Below are positions 9,285-19,146 of a DNA stretch of 64,000 nt, one piece after another. The stretch's first letter is position 1. Each line of letters starts with the position of its first letter. The stretch comes from Clostridium sp. CAG:343. Lineage in GTDB: Bacteria > Bacillota > Clostridia > Lachnospirales > Lachnospiraceae. A model generated the notes under the pieces. That model made no database searches, was not told the DNA's origin, and was given only the letters and a program-made list of their open reading frames with translations. Position numbers and translations under genes: made by a program. The DNA is taken from positions 66,435-130,434 of the forward strand of contig CAVHCX010000003.1 of NCBI GenBank assembly GCA_963634745.1. The letters are read 5' to 3'.

Positions 9285-10217
9285 TTAACCCATTCTAAAT
9301 TTTTTTTGTCTTATTATACTCCAAAAACAATTAGCACATACCCATCCTATACCAGTTGCAATAGCTACTGCGTTCAATCCCAGTACCGGAAATAGTATCC
9401 ATGACAATACTACACGGATCATTATGTGGCCGGCAGCACCGATAAATGGTATTAAGACTTTTCCTATTCCATTATAATATCCTGTAAAAGTATTCCCTGT
9501 AAAGCAGAATATATAAAATATTGCAACAGTCTGAAGGTATCCAACTCCCTCGGTAAATTCTACTCCTGAACTGTTTCCCAACATCAGATGTATAGCCTGC
9601 CTTGCAAACAAAAACATTATGCATGCAAAGAAAACTCCTGTCCCCATAAGCCATGCCCTGCTGCATTTAAAGATTTCTTTTATACGTTTCTTTTCGCCAG
9701 CACCATAATTTTGTGCTGTAATGATTGACGTTGCAGTTGAACCACTGCTGCCAATAGAATTAGCAAATCCCTCAATTCGTGTAGCCGCGGTATATGCCGC
9801 GATCACTTCTGTTCCTCCTGTATTTACCGCTCCCTGTACAAACATTTTCCCCAGATAAAGGCTGCTCTGATGGAGGCTTGTTATTAATCCAACCTTTAAC
9901 AAAGCAATTATTTTGCCAAGTCTGTTGTCACAATCCTCTTTATGCAGTATCACTTCATGATGTATTCTCCATAGATACAGAAAACAAAGAATAGCTGAAA
10001 CAATTTGTGTAAACGCAGTTGCAAGTGCTGCTCCACGGATTCCCATTTTACAAACGGCAACAAGTACCAGATCTAAGATAAGATTGGTCACTACAGATGC
10101 CGCCAAAACATACAAAGATGCCTTTGTGTCACCCGCGGCTCTTAAAAGCGAGGCAAAAAGATTATAGAGAAATACTGCAGGCAGACTTAAAAATATCCAA
10201 TACAGATACGTTGACAC
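9285..10217 (-). pseudogene. MATE efflux transporter, 5'-truncated remnant
   Basis: The 310-aa ORF aligns by eye from about residue 135 onward of the intact MATE at 54566..55927 (YLYWIFLSLPAVFLYNLFASLLRAAGDTKAS vs YVRICGGGMIVIVAYNLIGCIFRGLGDSRTP). An in-frame TAA lies 14 codons upstream of the GTG start. There is no RBS. Confidence 0.7.
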
Positions 10218-10240
10218 ATATCCCTGTAATACATCAGGTG

Positions 10241-10999
10241 TCTGTAATTTGTATAGAGCTTACAAATTATGGACATGCTTTTATTCCGCTTGCCAGCCAA
10301 TGGGCATCCCTGTGGAAAGACACACAGCATCTCAAAAATATTGACAACATACAGACCCTGACTATTGCAAGTGTTGATGCCGTCAATAATTATACTTTTG
10401 TATCATTTTTCTCAAAGTACATCTCATGCTATCCTGACATAAGATTACATATCAGGACTCATCATTCAAATGAAATCTACTCACTTGTTGAAAGCAGAGT
10501 TGCAGATATAGGATTTGTTTTTTCAAGAATAAATTATCCTGATGTAATAATTAATCCTATATACCGTGAACTTATGTACCTGATATGTGATAAAAACAGT
10601 CAATATCATGACAATATAGATAGCAGCGAACTGCGTAGTGAAAATGAGATTTTTTTAAATTGGGGATTAGATTACCAGAGCTGGCATGACAGTCATTTCA
10701 GTCCTGCCTACCACCCTGCGTTGACAGTAAATACCGGTTCTATGCTTCAAAGATATATAAGAAATGATTTCTGGGGAATTGCACCTATGTCCGTTATCCG
10801 TGGAGCTATGCGGTCAAACTCAAACCTTACATTTTACAAATTGAAAACTCCTCCTCCAAGGATCTGCTACGCCATAAGAAATCGTTACCCTAATATAAAT
10901 CATATCAATGCTATTGAAAATTTTGAACAGAATCTTAAACAATTCATTTCTACTGATGAAAATATATGTTCATTTGAAAGCTGGATGCTTTCCCCATAA
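10241..10999 (+). pseudogene. LysR-family regulator remnant lacking the N-terminal wHTH domain
   Basis: Only the linker and substrate-binding domain are recognisable (ELTNYGHAFIPLASQ..., LTIASVDAVNNYTFVSFFSKYISCYPDIRLHIRTHHSNEIYSLVESRVADIGFVF). The 5' part of the track ORF (10097-10240) is antisense to the MATE remnant. Start coordinate is approximate. Confidence 0.65.
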
Positions 11000-11126
11000 C
11001 ATAAAAATGCAGCTATATGCTTAGTTTAACATATAAGTTGATGTAACTTTAAACTTTCATTTCTAAGCGCATGATTATATAATATAGGGAAGCAATTATT
11101 GATTCATTTGTCAGGTGATTTTATTT

Positions 11127-12920
11127 ATGAAACAGGAAAAAACTCCCGGTATTTTCAGTCGGATCAAGGTCCAGCATCAGCTTCATATTATATTTTTCCT
11201 TGCAATCTTTATTCCGGTTGCCTTGTTGGGAAATTATCTTCTTTACAACTCGAGGACGCTCCTTGCCGATCACTACAGGGAGCAATCCCGCTCTGATAAT
11301 CTCCGGGTCAGGTCCTCTCTTTTAGATTTGACCTCCAACGTTTATAACGAGTCGCGGCAGCTTGCGGATGACAAGGAACTAATCAGTCTTCTCAGCACAG
11401 ATTTTACAGACAGCCGTGAGGGGCAACTGAAGGCAGAGTCCTTCACCGGTTTTAATTATACCTTGTCAGAGGATGCTTCCATTCAGGAAATTTCCGTATA
11501 TACCTACAATACATCCATCCCTGCCACAGAATATATTAAGCCCATCACCGACGAAATTATGCAGGAATCCTGGTACTCTAGGGCTTCAGAGAACTCTACC
11601 TCTTTTTGGTCTGTAGAGACACAGACCGACCGTTTCGGAAGAACTTCGCCCCTGCTGACCTTGCACTGTCGGATCTTTCTTCCGCAAAAAAATAGCTTTG
11701 CCATCCTGAATGTAGCCCTCAGCAACAACCAAGTCAAAAACCGTATTGAAAACAGTTCGCTAAAAACCGTGGTATGGCTAAATGAAGATTCCCTCTTTTA
11801 CCAGAGTGATTCCGATACCATCACGGATTTGCCTGATGTATATGAGCCGGGCCCTTCCGGATATTATCTTGGCCCCCTAAAACTAAATGGCACCAAGCTG
11901 ATCGGCTGTATCAGTGCCCTGTCTATCAATTACTCAACCGATACTTTTTATATTGCTTCCCTGGATTATGAAGCCTATCCCTATATGAATCGAATCAGCC
12001 TCATTCACATTGCCCTGATTCTTCTGATCCTGATTCCAACCAGTATCTTTGTACTGGCCTACTCCAGGTATTTCAGCCGTCGGGTGATCACCCTCAGGGA
12101 GACTATGCATAATGTCAGCCTGGGAAATTATGAGATCGCAGATAGCTTTTCCGGAACCGATGAAATTTCCGACGCTTTTAAGGACCTTGGCATCATGGTC
12201 CAGGATATCCGTCAGATGGAAGCTTCCGCATACCAGGCGGAAATTCGAAGCAGGGAGCTTGCCAACCAGCAACAGCAGATGGAGTTTAAAATGCTTTCCA
12301 GCCAGATTAATCCCCATTTCCTCTATAATACCCTGGAAACCATCCGCATGCGGGCCCTAAAGGCAGGCAACAAGGATGTGGCAAATGCCGTGAAATTATT
12401 AGGAAAATCCATGCGCTATGTCTTAAGTAATACTACGACTTCTTTTACCACTTTAGAAAAGGAGCTGGATTATATTGATACTTATCTTGCTATCCAGAGG
12501 CTCCGCTTCCACGACCGGGTAAATTATAGCCTAAAGACGGCCCCTGATCTGGATCTGTCCGAGCTTCAGATCATGCCCCTCCTTCTTCAGCCCATTGTAG
12601 AGAATGCCGTTCTTCATGGCCTGGAGGAAGTGGAAGAAAACGGAAAAATCATTATTCATATTCATGCTAAACAGGAAATATTATATATTGAAATATTTGA
12701 TAATGGCTGTGGTATGACAGCGGAAGAAATGGAACAGATGAAAGACAATATTTATCATCATCCAAAAGAATCTTCTAAGAGCATTGGCTTATACAATATT
12801 AATCAGCGTATCAAACTATGCTATGGTGCGGATTACGGCCTTACATTTAAAAGTAAAAAGAACCGGGGAACCCTTATTATCATGGTAATTCCCGCTCAAA
12901 AATACCGAAAGGAGACCTAA
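11127..12920 (+). CDS. sensor histidine kinase, YesM type (2 TM, extracytoplasmic domain, HAMP, His_kinase, HATPase_c)
   Basis: Shows the HAMP segment, then QINPHFLYNTL (PF06580-type phospho-acceptor box), then N/G boxes (QPIVENAVLHG, DNGCGM). ATG 11127 is preferred over GTG 11115 because AGGTG lies 8 nt upstream. Confidence 0.9.
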   Translation: MKQEKTPGIFSRIKVQHQLHIIFFLAIFIPVALLGNYLLYNSRTLLADHYREQSRSDNLRVRSSLLDLTSNVYNESRQLADDKELISLLSTDFTDSREGQLKAESFTGFNYTLSEDASIQEISVYTYNTSIPATEYIKPITDEIMQESWYSRASENSTSFWSVETQTDRFGRTSPLLTLHCRIFLPQKNSFAILNVALSNNQVKNRIENSSLKTVVWLNEDSLFYQSDSDTITDLPDVYEPGPSGYYLGPLKLNGTKLIGCISALSINYSTDTFYIASLDYEAYPYMNRISLIHIALILLILIPTSIFVLAYSRYFSRRVITLRETMHNVSLGNYEIADSFSGTDEISDAFKDLGIMVQDIRQMEASAYQAEIRSRELANQQQQMEFKMLSSQINPHFLYNTLETIRMRALKAGNKDVANAVKLLGKSMRYVLSNTTTSFTTLEKELDYIDTYLAIQRLRFHDRVNYSLKTAPDLDLSELQIMPLLLQPIVENAVLHGLEEVEENGKIIIHIHAKQEILYIEIFDNGCGMTAEEMEQMKDNIYHHPKESSKSIGLYNINQRIKLCYGADYGLTFKSKKNRGTLIIMVIPAQKYRKET

Positions 12921-12922
12921 AA

Positions 12923-14476
12923 ATGAAATTATTTATAGCAGATGATGAACAAGATGTCCGCGAGGGACTGCGTTATATTCTGGATTGGTCTGCGCTTGGA
13001 TTTTATATATGTGGAGAAGGGAAAAATGGGGCAGATACCTTAGAACAGATTCTGATTTCTCACCCCGATGTGGTTCTTATGGATATTCGCATGCCAAAGC
13101 TTTCCGGCCTGGAAGTTATTAGACAGGCAAAGGAAGGGGGCTTTCAGGGAAAGTTTATTATTCTCAGCGGCTACTCTGATTTTTCCTATGCCCAGGAAGC
13201 CATTAAGTATGGGGTTAGCTCTTATCTTACCAAACCCATCGATGAAGATGAACTGGAAATGGCGGTCCTAGAAGCTAAAAATGCTCTTACCGAGGAGCAG
13301 AATGCCGAAAAAAAACTGGTGGAATACCGGTCGAAAGCCAGGGATGCCATTCTAAAGGACCTCCTTCTTAACAAGGCAGACCCCAGCTATCTTGACTACC
13401 GCGATATCGCCTTGGAGGCTTCTATTTATCAGGTGGTCATTTACACAAATTACAATCAGGAATCCTTCCAGACCAGCTGGAATTTTGCCGATATCCTGCG
13501 CCTTGTCAACAAAGACCACAATTCTCTGGACGATATTCGCCTGGAAAATATGAATGTCATTTTATTAAAAGGGGACTTTGCCTTGAATCGTTTTCAGGAG
13601 CTTTTAGACCGTTATTTTTGCCAGCCAAAGAAGGGATCGCCTCTAGACTCTCTATTTCTTACCTATGGCCACCCGGTCTATCGGGTAGATCAGATTTATA
13701 CATCCTTTCAGGAAGCCTCTGACCTTATGAAACGAAGGTTTTTTTGCAGTCCCAACCAGCATGTTCTAGGCTTCTTAGAACTTCCTGAAAACAATGCGTC
13801 CGGCCAAAATACAAACGTGCCGGAGGATACCTACTCCGAGCGAATTGCCAATTATATTCAATCAGGCAACCTGCACATGCTGATGGAGGTTTTGGATGAG
13901 CTAAAAAACGACTTATATTTTACAGATGCAAAAGTAGCTGTCCTCAAGCATTATCTTGCAGATATCATGATTCAGGTTAAGTCCTTGATCACCCATACCT
14001 ATGGACTTTCTAATCTTCCCCTGCCAAATAATGCTGCCATCATCAGTACCATCGAGGAGCAATATTATCTCTATGAGATTTTGCAGTTTTTCACCGTACA
14101 GTTTGAGATGTATATGAATGCCATTGACTCGCCAAGCCGCGAAAGTGTTATGGATGGCATTTTAAATTATATTCATCATAATTATCAAAAGAACCTAAAG
14201 CTGGGCTCTATTGCAGAACTTTTCGGCTACAACAGTTCCTACTTAGGAAAGATTTTTAACAAAAGCACCGGTAAAAATTTCAACTCCTATGTAGATGAGA
14301 TCCGGATTGAAAATTCCAAGAAACTGTTGGAAAAGTATGACTACAAGGTCTACGAGATTGCCCAGAGAGTCGGCTACTCAAACGTTGATTATTTCCATAA
14401 AAAATTTAATAAATATACCGGCATGAGTCCTGCGGAATATCGAAAGAGTAAGGCCGGCAAGAATCAATCACAGTAA
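12923..14476 (+). CDS. response regulator with AraC-type HTH output (YesN type)
   Basis: N-terminal receiver (DVVLMDIRMPKLSG) and a C-terminal dual-HTH AraC domain (YNSSYLGKIFNKSTGKNFNSYVDEIRIENSKKLL...GYSNVDYFHKKFNKYTGMSPAEYR). Confidence 0.9.
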   Translation: MKLFIADDEQDVREGLRYILDWSALGFYICGEGKNGADTLEQILISHPDVVLMDIRMPKLSGLEVIRQAKEGGFQGKFIILSGYSDFSYAQEAIKYGVSSYLTKPIDEDELEMAVLEAKNALTEEQNAEKKLVEYRSKARDAILKDLLLNKADPSYLDYRDIALEASIYQVVIYTNYNQESFQTSWNFADILRLVNKDHNSLDDIRLENMNVILLKGDFALNRFQELLDRYFCQPKKGSPLDSLFLTYGHPVYRVDQIYTSFQEASDLMKRRFFCSPNQHVLGFLELPENNASGQNTNVPEDTYSERIANYIQSGNLHMLMEVLDELKNDLYFTDAKVAVLKHYLADIMIQVKSLITHTYGLSNLPLPNNAAIISTIEEQYYLYEILQFFTVQFEMYMNAIDSPSRESVMDGILNYIHHNYQKNLKLGSIAELFGYNSSYLGKIFNKSTGKNFNSYVDEIRIENSKKLLEKYDYKVYEIAQRVGYSNVDYFHKKFNKYTGMSPAEYRKSKAGKNQSQ

Positions 14477-14522
14477 AAAAATGACTGAGGATACTTTCCC
14501 CAGTCATTTTTCTATTTTATCA
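14475..14522. terminator. bidirectional terminator between convergent RR and SBP genes
   Basis: AAAAAA-ATGACTGAGG-atactttc-CCCAGTCAT-TTTT: a hairpin flanked by an A-run and a T-run. Confidence 0.6.
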
Positions 14523-14530
14523 AAGAGCTC

Positions 14531-16300
14531 TTATTCCCCATCCTGAGCGTTTGAATTATTATAATCTTCTACAGCCTGTTTCTTTGCTGCTGCCTGATCT
14601 TTTGCATTCTGCATGTCAACCTTTAAGACCTCTTCATATCCGAGTCCCTTGACGGTATCCTGCATGTTCTTTAGGATTTGATTAAATTCAGCCTCATCGG
14701 ATGCAAATACCATCTGCCAAGAGCTGTCTACGATGGTGGTCTTACACTGGTTTCTCAAAGTTGTAATGTCAGAAGATTCTTCCGGCTGTGTATAAGAGAT
14801 ACCGGGTGATACAGAAAGAGCATCCTTATTTTCCAGATATTCAATCGTAGTTTCTGCTCCATCTGCCCATTCTTTCCAACTGGTATCCAAGGATGTGTTG
14901 TTCTTTTCAAGAACGGAAGACCACATAGTCTCCATGTAAGGCTCATTGGTATTAGGATCTGTATCTACAAGCGCTACCGTCTTGAAGTTCAAGGCACATA
15001 CACCGTCCTTCCAAGAACCGCCGCCCCAGTCGTCTGATACTGTTACATCATTACTTGGAAGTGCTTTTTCACCAAAGTCTGTGAGAACTGCCTTGTCTCC
15101 ATCCATCTCCCAGGTAAGTCCCTCAGGACCGGCTGCACCATTTGACTGGCCTGCACATTCTACACCTTCTGCTGAGTAGAGCCAATCGATGAATTCAGCA
15201 ATCCTTTCCGGCTCTTTCGCCTGGCTTCCGATACAGATTACAACTTTTGCATTTCCTTCTGAATAGCATCCGGCTGTATAAGGTTTAGAATCTTCAATAA
15301 AGCCCGGCATAAATCCCTTTCCGGCTTCCTTATGTTCGGTCGTATTGTAGTAGGCCTGTCCCTGATAAGACCAGAGAGAAGTAAGGATCTGTCCGTCACG
15401 ATACTTGTCTGAAAGGATATCATAACTCTGAGTCGTTGATTCCGGATCGATCAAGCCTTCCTGATTTGCCTCAAACAAAAACTTCAGGGCTCTTACATAG
15501 ATACCATCACTGTCTGTGACATCCTGGAAATCACTTCCGTCAGCTTTTGCCAGAACGAAACCTGTACCGGTATCATTGTAGCCATAGAGGGAGCAGAAGT
15601 TCTTTGCAGCTACCATAGAGCTTCCATCCCAGTCTTTAAAGAGTGACAAAGCATAAGTCTTTTTGCCTGAATCGCTTTCCGGAATTTGCTCCTGAAGCTG
15701 TTTCATAACCGGGATCCAGTCCTCTAAGGTTTTAATCTCCGGACAACCAATGGCTTCATATCCGTCCCATCTCATATAAGGGGCAACCAAAGGTTCGATA
15801 CCATCTGCAGATACCTCCGGTGACTGACTGGAAATTTCACTTGGAATGCACCATACGCCGTCCTGGCCCGCATTCTCATTGGCCTTCTCGATGGCAGCAC
15901 TATAATTTTTCATAACATCTTTATCTTTCAAAAGATCGGTCATATCCATCAAAAGGCCGGCTTTTACCATATCTTTTAAACGACCGTTTTCTGTATTGGA
16001 AATAATAATATCTCCCAGATTTCCTGCCGCAGACCTGGTCTGGAAGAGGGTATCTCCGCCACCTGCTACGTTGGGTGCAATAATATTGAGCTCAATGTTG
16101 AATTTGTCTTTTACAATTTTTGCAAACCAACCGGACTGGATGCCCTGATAGTTGGCCTGATCATCATATACGTCTACGGTCAGGACGTCACCTGAACTCG
16201 CAGAATCACTGCTGCTGTCTTTTCCGCCGCATCCGGTCAGAACTGTGGATGCTGCAAGCACCGTGGACAGCAAAATACCTATTACTTTCTTTTTCATCAA
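14531..16300 (-). CDS. large extracellular solute-binding lipoprotein of a carbohydrate ABC importer (LplA-like)
   Basis: 589 aa. Signal peptide with lipobox LTGC followed by an S/G-rich linker. Adjacent to LplB/LplC-type permeases. Confidence 0.85.
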   Translation of the reverse strand: MMKKKVIGILLSTVLAASTVLTGCGGKDSSSDSASSGDVLTVDVYDDQANYQGIQSGWFAKIVKDKFNIELNIIAPNVAGGGDTLFQTRSAAGNLGDIIISNTENGRLKDMVKAGLLMDMTDLLKDKDVMKNYSAAIEKANENAGQDGVWCIPSEISSQSPEVSADGIEPLVAPYMRWDGYEAIGCPEIKTLEDWIPVMKQLQEQIPESDSGKKTYALSLFKDWDGSSMVAAKNFCSLYGYNDTGTGFVLAKADGSDFQDVTDSDGIYVRALKFLFEANQEGLIDPESTTQSYDILSDKYRDGQILTSLWSYQGQAYYNTTEHKEAGKGFMPGFIEDSKPYTAGCYSEGNAKVVICIGSQAKEPERIAEFIDWLYSAEGVECAGQSNGAAGPEGLTWEMDGDKAVLTDFGEKALPSNDVTVSDDWGGGSWKDGVCALNFKTVALVDTDPNTNEPYMETMWSSVLEKNNTSLDTSWKEWADGAETTIEYLENKDALSVSPGISYTQPEESSDITTLRNQCKTTIVDSSWQMVFASDEAEFNQILKNMQDTVKGLGYEEVLKVDMQNAKDQAAAKKQAVEDYNNSNAQDGE

Positions 16301-16310
16301 ATTTTCCTCC

Positions 16311-17228
16311 TTAACCTTTTACAGAACCGATCATAATACCCGATACAAAGAATCTCTGGAAAATCGGATATACAAACAAGATCGGTAATACTACGATGAC
16401 AGAGACTGTCATTCGAATCGAAGTCGGTGTCTGCTGTGATGCAATCATGGCTGCTGAAACGGTTCCTGAATTTCGAACCATGGCTGCCAGGGAACTTGCC
16501 TGATTGATATAAGTGTACAACAGATACTGTAAAGAATAAAGCTTCTGATCTGTAATGTAGATCAATGTATCCTGGAAGGAATTCCACTGGGCAACCGCTG
16601 CCCAAATTGCTACGGTAGCAAGAATCGGCTTGGCTGTGGGAAGAATAATCTTCCAGAAGATGGTAAGAATTCCTGCCCCGTCAATCTCTGCAGCTTCCTG
16701 AAGAGATTTTGGCATAGATTCAATGTAGGTCTTTACCATGATAATACTAAAGGGTTGTACAATCGCAGGTAAGATATATACCCAGAAGGTGTTGGTTAAA
16801 TGCAGGGTTCGCATGGTAATAAACATAGGAATGATACCCGCATTGAAATACATGGTAATTACAAAAAAGCGATACCAGAATTTTCTATGCCAAAGTTCTT
16901 CCTGGGTAAATAAAAATCCCAAAAAGGCGGATGCCATGACGGCGCAAACTGTACCGATCACCGTTCTGGCTACCGAAATAAGGGCCGCTCTGGGAAGTCC
17001 ATCCAGGGACAAGACCTGCACATAGTTTGCCAAATGGATTCCCTGAGGGAGGAAATTGATGGCTCCGTTGGCACTTAATTCGTTATTACTCAGAGTGTTT
17101 ATAATCATATAGTAAAAAGGATAGGCACAAATCAGTGTAATGATAATAAACACCAAATAGTTGATGATATTAAATGCTACATCCCCGCTTTTCATTTTTT
17201 TATGTTGCTTTTTTATTACGGCTTCCAC
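16311..17228 (-). CDS. carbohydrate ABC transporter permease (LplC/BPD_transp_1)
   Basis: 6-TM MalG-type permease with the EAA loop (SLQEAAEIDGAGILTIFWKIILP). I place the start at GTG 17228, preceded by AAGGAGGA. The track start at 17282 overlaps the upstream gene. Confidence 0.9.
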   Translation of the reverse strand: MEAVIKKQHKKMKSGDVAFNIINYLVFIIITLICAYPFYYMIINTLSNNELSANGAINFLPQGIHLANYVQVLSLDGLPRAALISVARTVIGTVCAVMASAFLGFLFTQEELWHRKFWYRFFVITMYFNAGIIPMFITMRTLHLTNTFWVYILPAIVQPFSIIMVKTYIESMPKSLQEAAEIDGAGILTIFWKIILPTAKPILATVAIWAAVAQWNSFQDTLIYITDQKLYSLQYLLYTYINQASSLAAMVRNSGTVSAAMIASQQTPTSIRMTVSVIVVLPILFVYPIFQRFFVSGIMIGSVKG

Positions 17229-17244
17229 TTCTTTTCCTCCTTCC

Positions 17245-18186
17245 TTAGATAATAGATGCTCCACGCGTTTTCTTGGATACAAAGTTTACGATCATAAGCA
17301 GGGTAACACTGACCACGCTCTTTAACATACTGATGGCAGTTGCAAGGGATAAGCTGCTTCCTGTCATACCAATGTTATAAACATACAAGTCAAGTACCTG
17401 GATATGTGCTTTATTAAATGCATTCTGGAATACATAATACTGGTCCATACCATTGTTTAGGAAATTCGCTACGGACATCATTAACAGTACAAAAAATGTA
17501 GGCGCAAGGGCCGGTATTGTAATATTTTTGATGACCTGGAAACGGTTGGCACCGTCTACTCTGGCCGCCTCATAAAGTTCCTGATCAATTCCTGCGATGG
17601 CCGCCAGGTACATGATTGCTCCCCATCCAAGGCCCTTCCACATACTCCATAGGGTCATCCACAAATAGGTATGGGCATCGCTGTCCAAGAATTTAATGGG
17701 GCTTGTGATGATTCCCATATTCTGCAAAACCGTATTGACCATACCACTGTCTGTAAATAAGCTGAATGCTACGGAATAAACCAGAACCCAGCTGATAAAG
17801 TTTGGCAGAGTCGTGAGGGTCTGGACCAAATTCTTGAACCACTTGCATTTAATCTCATTTAGAAAAATAGCAAATGCCGCCGGCAAAATGGATGTTGCAA
17901 TTCCCAGCAAGCTCATGGCAAAGGTATTTTTCATAACCTGAATCATCTGTTGCACCTGGGTCTTATTTGCAAATAAGGTCTTAAACCACTTCAAACCTAC
18001 AAACTCACACTGAGACAAATCGAGGGGCGGTTTGTAATCATAGAAAGAATAAATCCAACCATGAAGAGGGAAATAAGAAAACAGGAAACATAGAATGATA
18101 AAGGGTATCAGGCAGTAGAACAATCTGCGGCTTCTGGCAAGCTTGGCTGCACTTTGTTTTGTTTTACTTACCGCTTGTTTTTTCAT
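17245..18186 (-). CDS. carbohydrate ABC transporter permease (LplB/MalF type)
   Basis: 313 aa with EAA loop ELYEAARVDGANRFQVIKNITIP. Confidence 0.9.
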   Translation of the reverse strand: MKKQAVSKTKQSAAKLARSRRLFYCLIPFIILCFLFSYFPLHGWIYSFYDYKPPLDLSQCEFVGLKWFKTLFANKTQVQQMIQVMKNTFAMSLLGIATSILPAAFAIFLNEIKCKWFKNLVQTLTTLPNFISWVLVYSVAFSLFTDSGMVNTVLQNMGIITSPIKFLDSDAHTYLWMTLWSMWKGLGWGAIMYLAAIAGIDQELYEAARVDGANRFQVIKNITIPALAPTFFVLLMMSVANFLNNGMDQYYVFQNAFNKAHIQVLDLYVYNIGMTGSSLSLATAISMLKSVVSVTLLMIVNFVSKKTRGASII

Positions 18187-18459
18187 TGTACTCTCTCCTT
18201 CTTTTAGAATGCGCTGCAGCTTTTCTTTAATTCCTGCTCATTGTAGCATTCCTCCTATTTGAGAAGATACCGACCAAATCAGAGGCTAAATATAGGAAAA
18301 ATCTTGTCTTTTTAAGATGAAGCCCTACAAAATCTATTTTTGAAGGTATTTTACCTCTATTTTTATCTGTAGTTTTTTGCCCACTCCCTCCATAAGATAA
18401 GCATATGCTAAGAAAAATGTTTTTATTTTCTTTATGTAATTTGTGGAAGGAGAAGAGTT

Positions 18460-19113
18460 ATGAAATTCAATACCGAAAGTCCCATCTTTCAGTTTCTGGA
18501 AACTTTTTCTGATTTTGTGATCTTAAATATCTTTTTTGTGATCACCTGTATCCCTGTGGTGACCCTTGGTCCTGCCCTCACGGCCCTATATTCTGTCACC
18601 CTCCGGGAGGCCAGAAATGAGCAGGGATATATCCTTCAGGCCTATTTTGCTGCCCTTAAAGAAAATTTCAAACGTTCTTTTTTACTGTCTTTTTTGTATA
18701 GCATAGTAGGAGCAATCCTCCTCTATAATCTCGCCTTCTGGGCCCAGATAAAGACACTCACCGGCCATGCGATTTTAATTGTTATTGCCTGCCTGACCCT
18801 GCTTTATCTGGTCTCACTTTTGTATGTCTTTGCCCTGAGTGCAAGATTTGAAAACAGCCTAAAACAGACAGTTAAAAATTCTTTGCTGCTTGCCCTGGCA
18901 AATCCTATGCAGACTATGCTCATCCTGCTCATTATTCTTGTAGGATTCAGCCTGGCCTATGTAAGCCCCATCTTCCGTGTATTTCTGCTTATTTTCGGAT
19001 TTGCATTTTTAGCTTACTGTACTTCTTTTCCACTGACCAAGGTCTTTAGCAAATACGAACCTCTTGCGCATGAAGATGGACAAGAGGAATCCGTATCAAG
19101 CAAGGATCGATAG
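18460..19113 (+). CDS. YesL-family membrane protein (DUF624)
   Basis: 217 aa. N-terminal pattern ...FLETFSDFVILNIFFVITCIPVVTLGPALTALYSV... and 5-6 TM helices are typical of DUF624, which accompanies LplABC-type sugar importers. Confidence 0.7.
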   Translation: MKFNTESPIFQFLETFSDFVILNIFFVITCIPVVTLGPALTALYSVTLREARNEQGYILQAYFAALKENFKRSFLLSFLYSIVGAILLYNLAFWAQIKTLTGHAILIVIACLTLLYLVSLLYVFALSARFENSLKQTVKNSLLLALANPMQTMLILLIILVGFSLAYVSPIFRVFLLIFGFAFLAYCTSFPLTKVFSKYEPLAHEDGQEESVSSKDR

Positions 19114-19146
19114 GGTCAGACACTTACTACAAGGAGATTTTTCACT

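Noticed and set aside
18333-18364. Two TCTATTTTT repeats 23 bp apart in the divergent permease/yesL promoter region, as possible YesN sites
   Set aside because: The motif is short and T-rich in an AT-rich spacer, so it cannot be separated from chance without comparative data.
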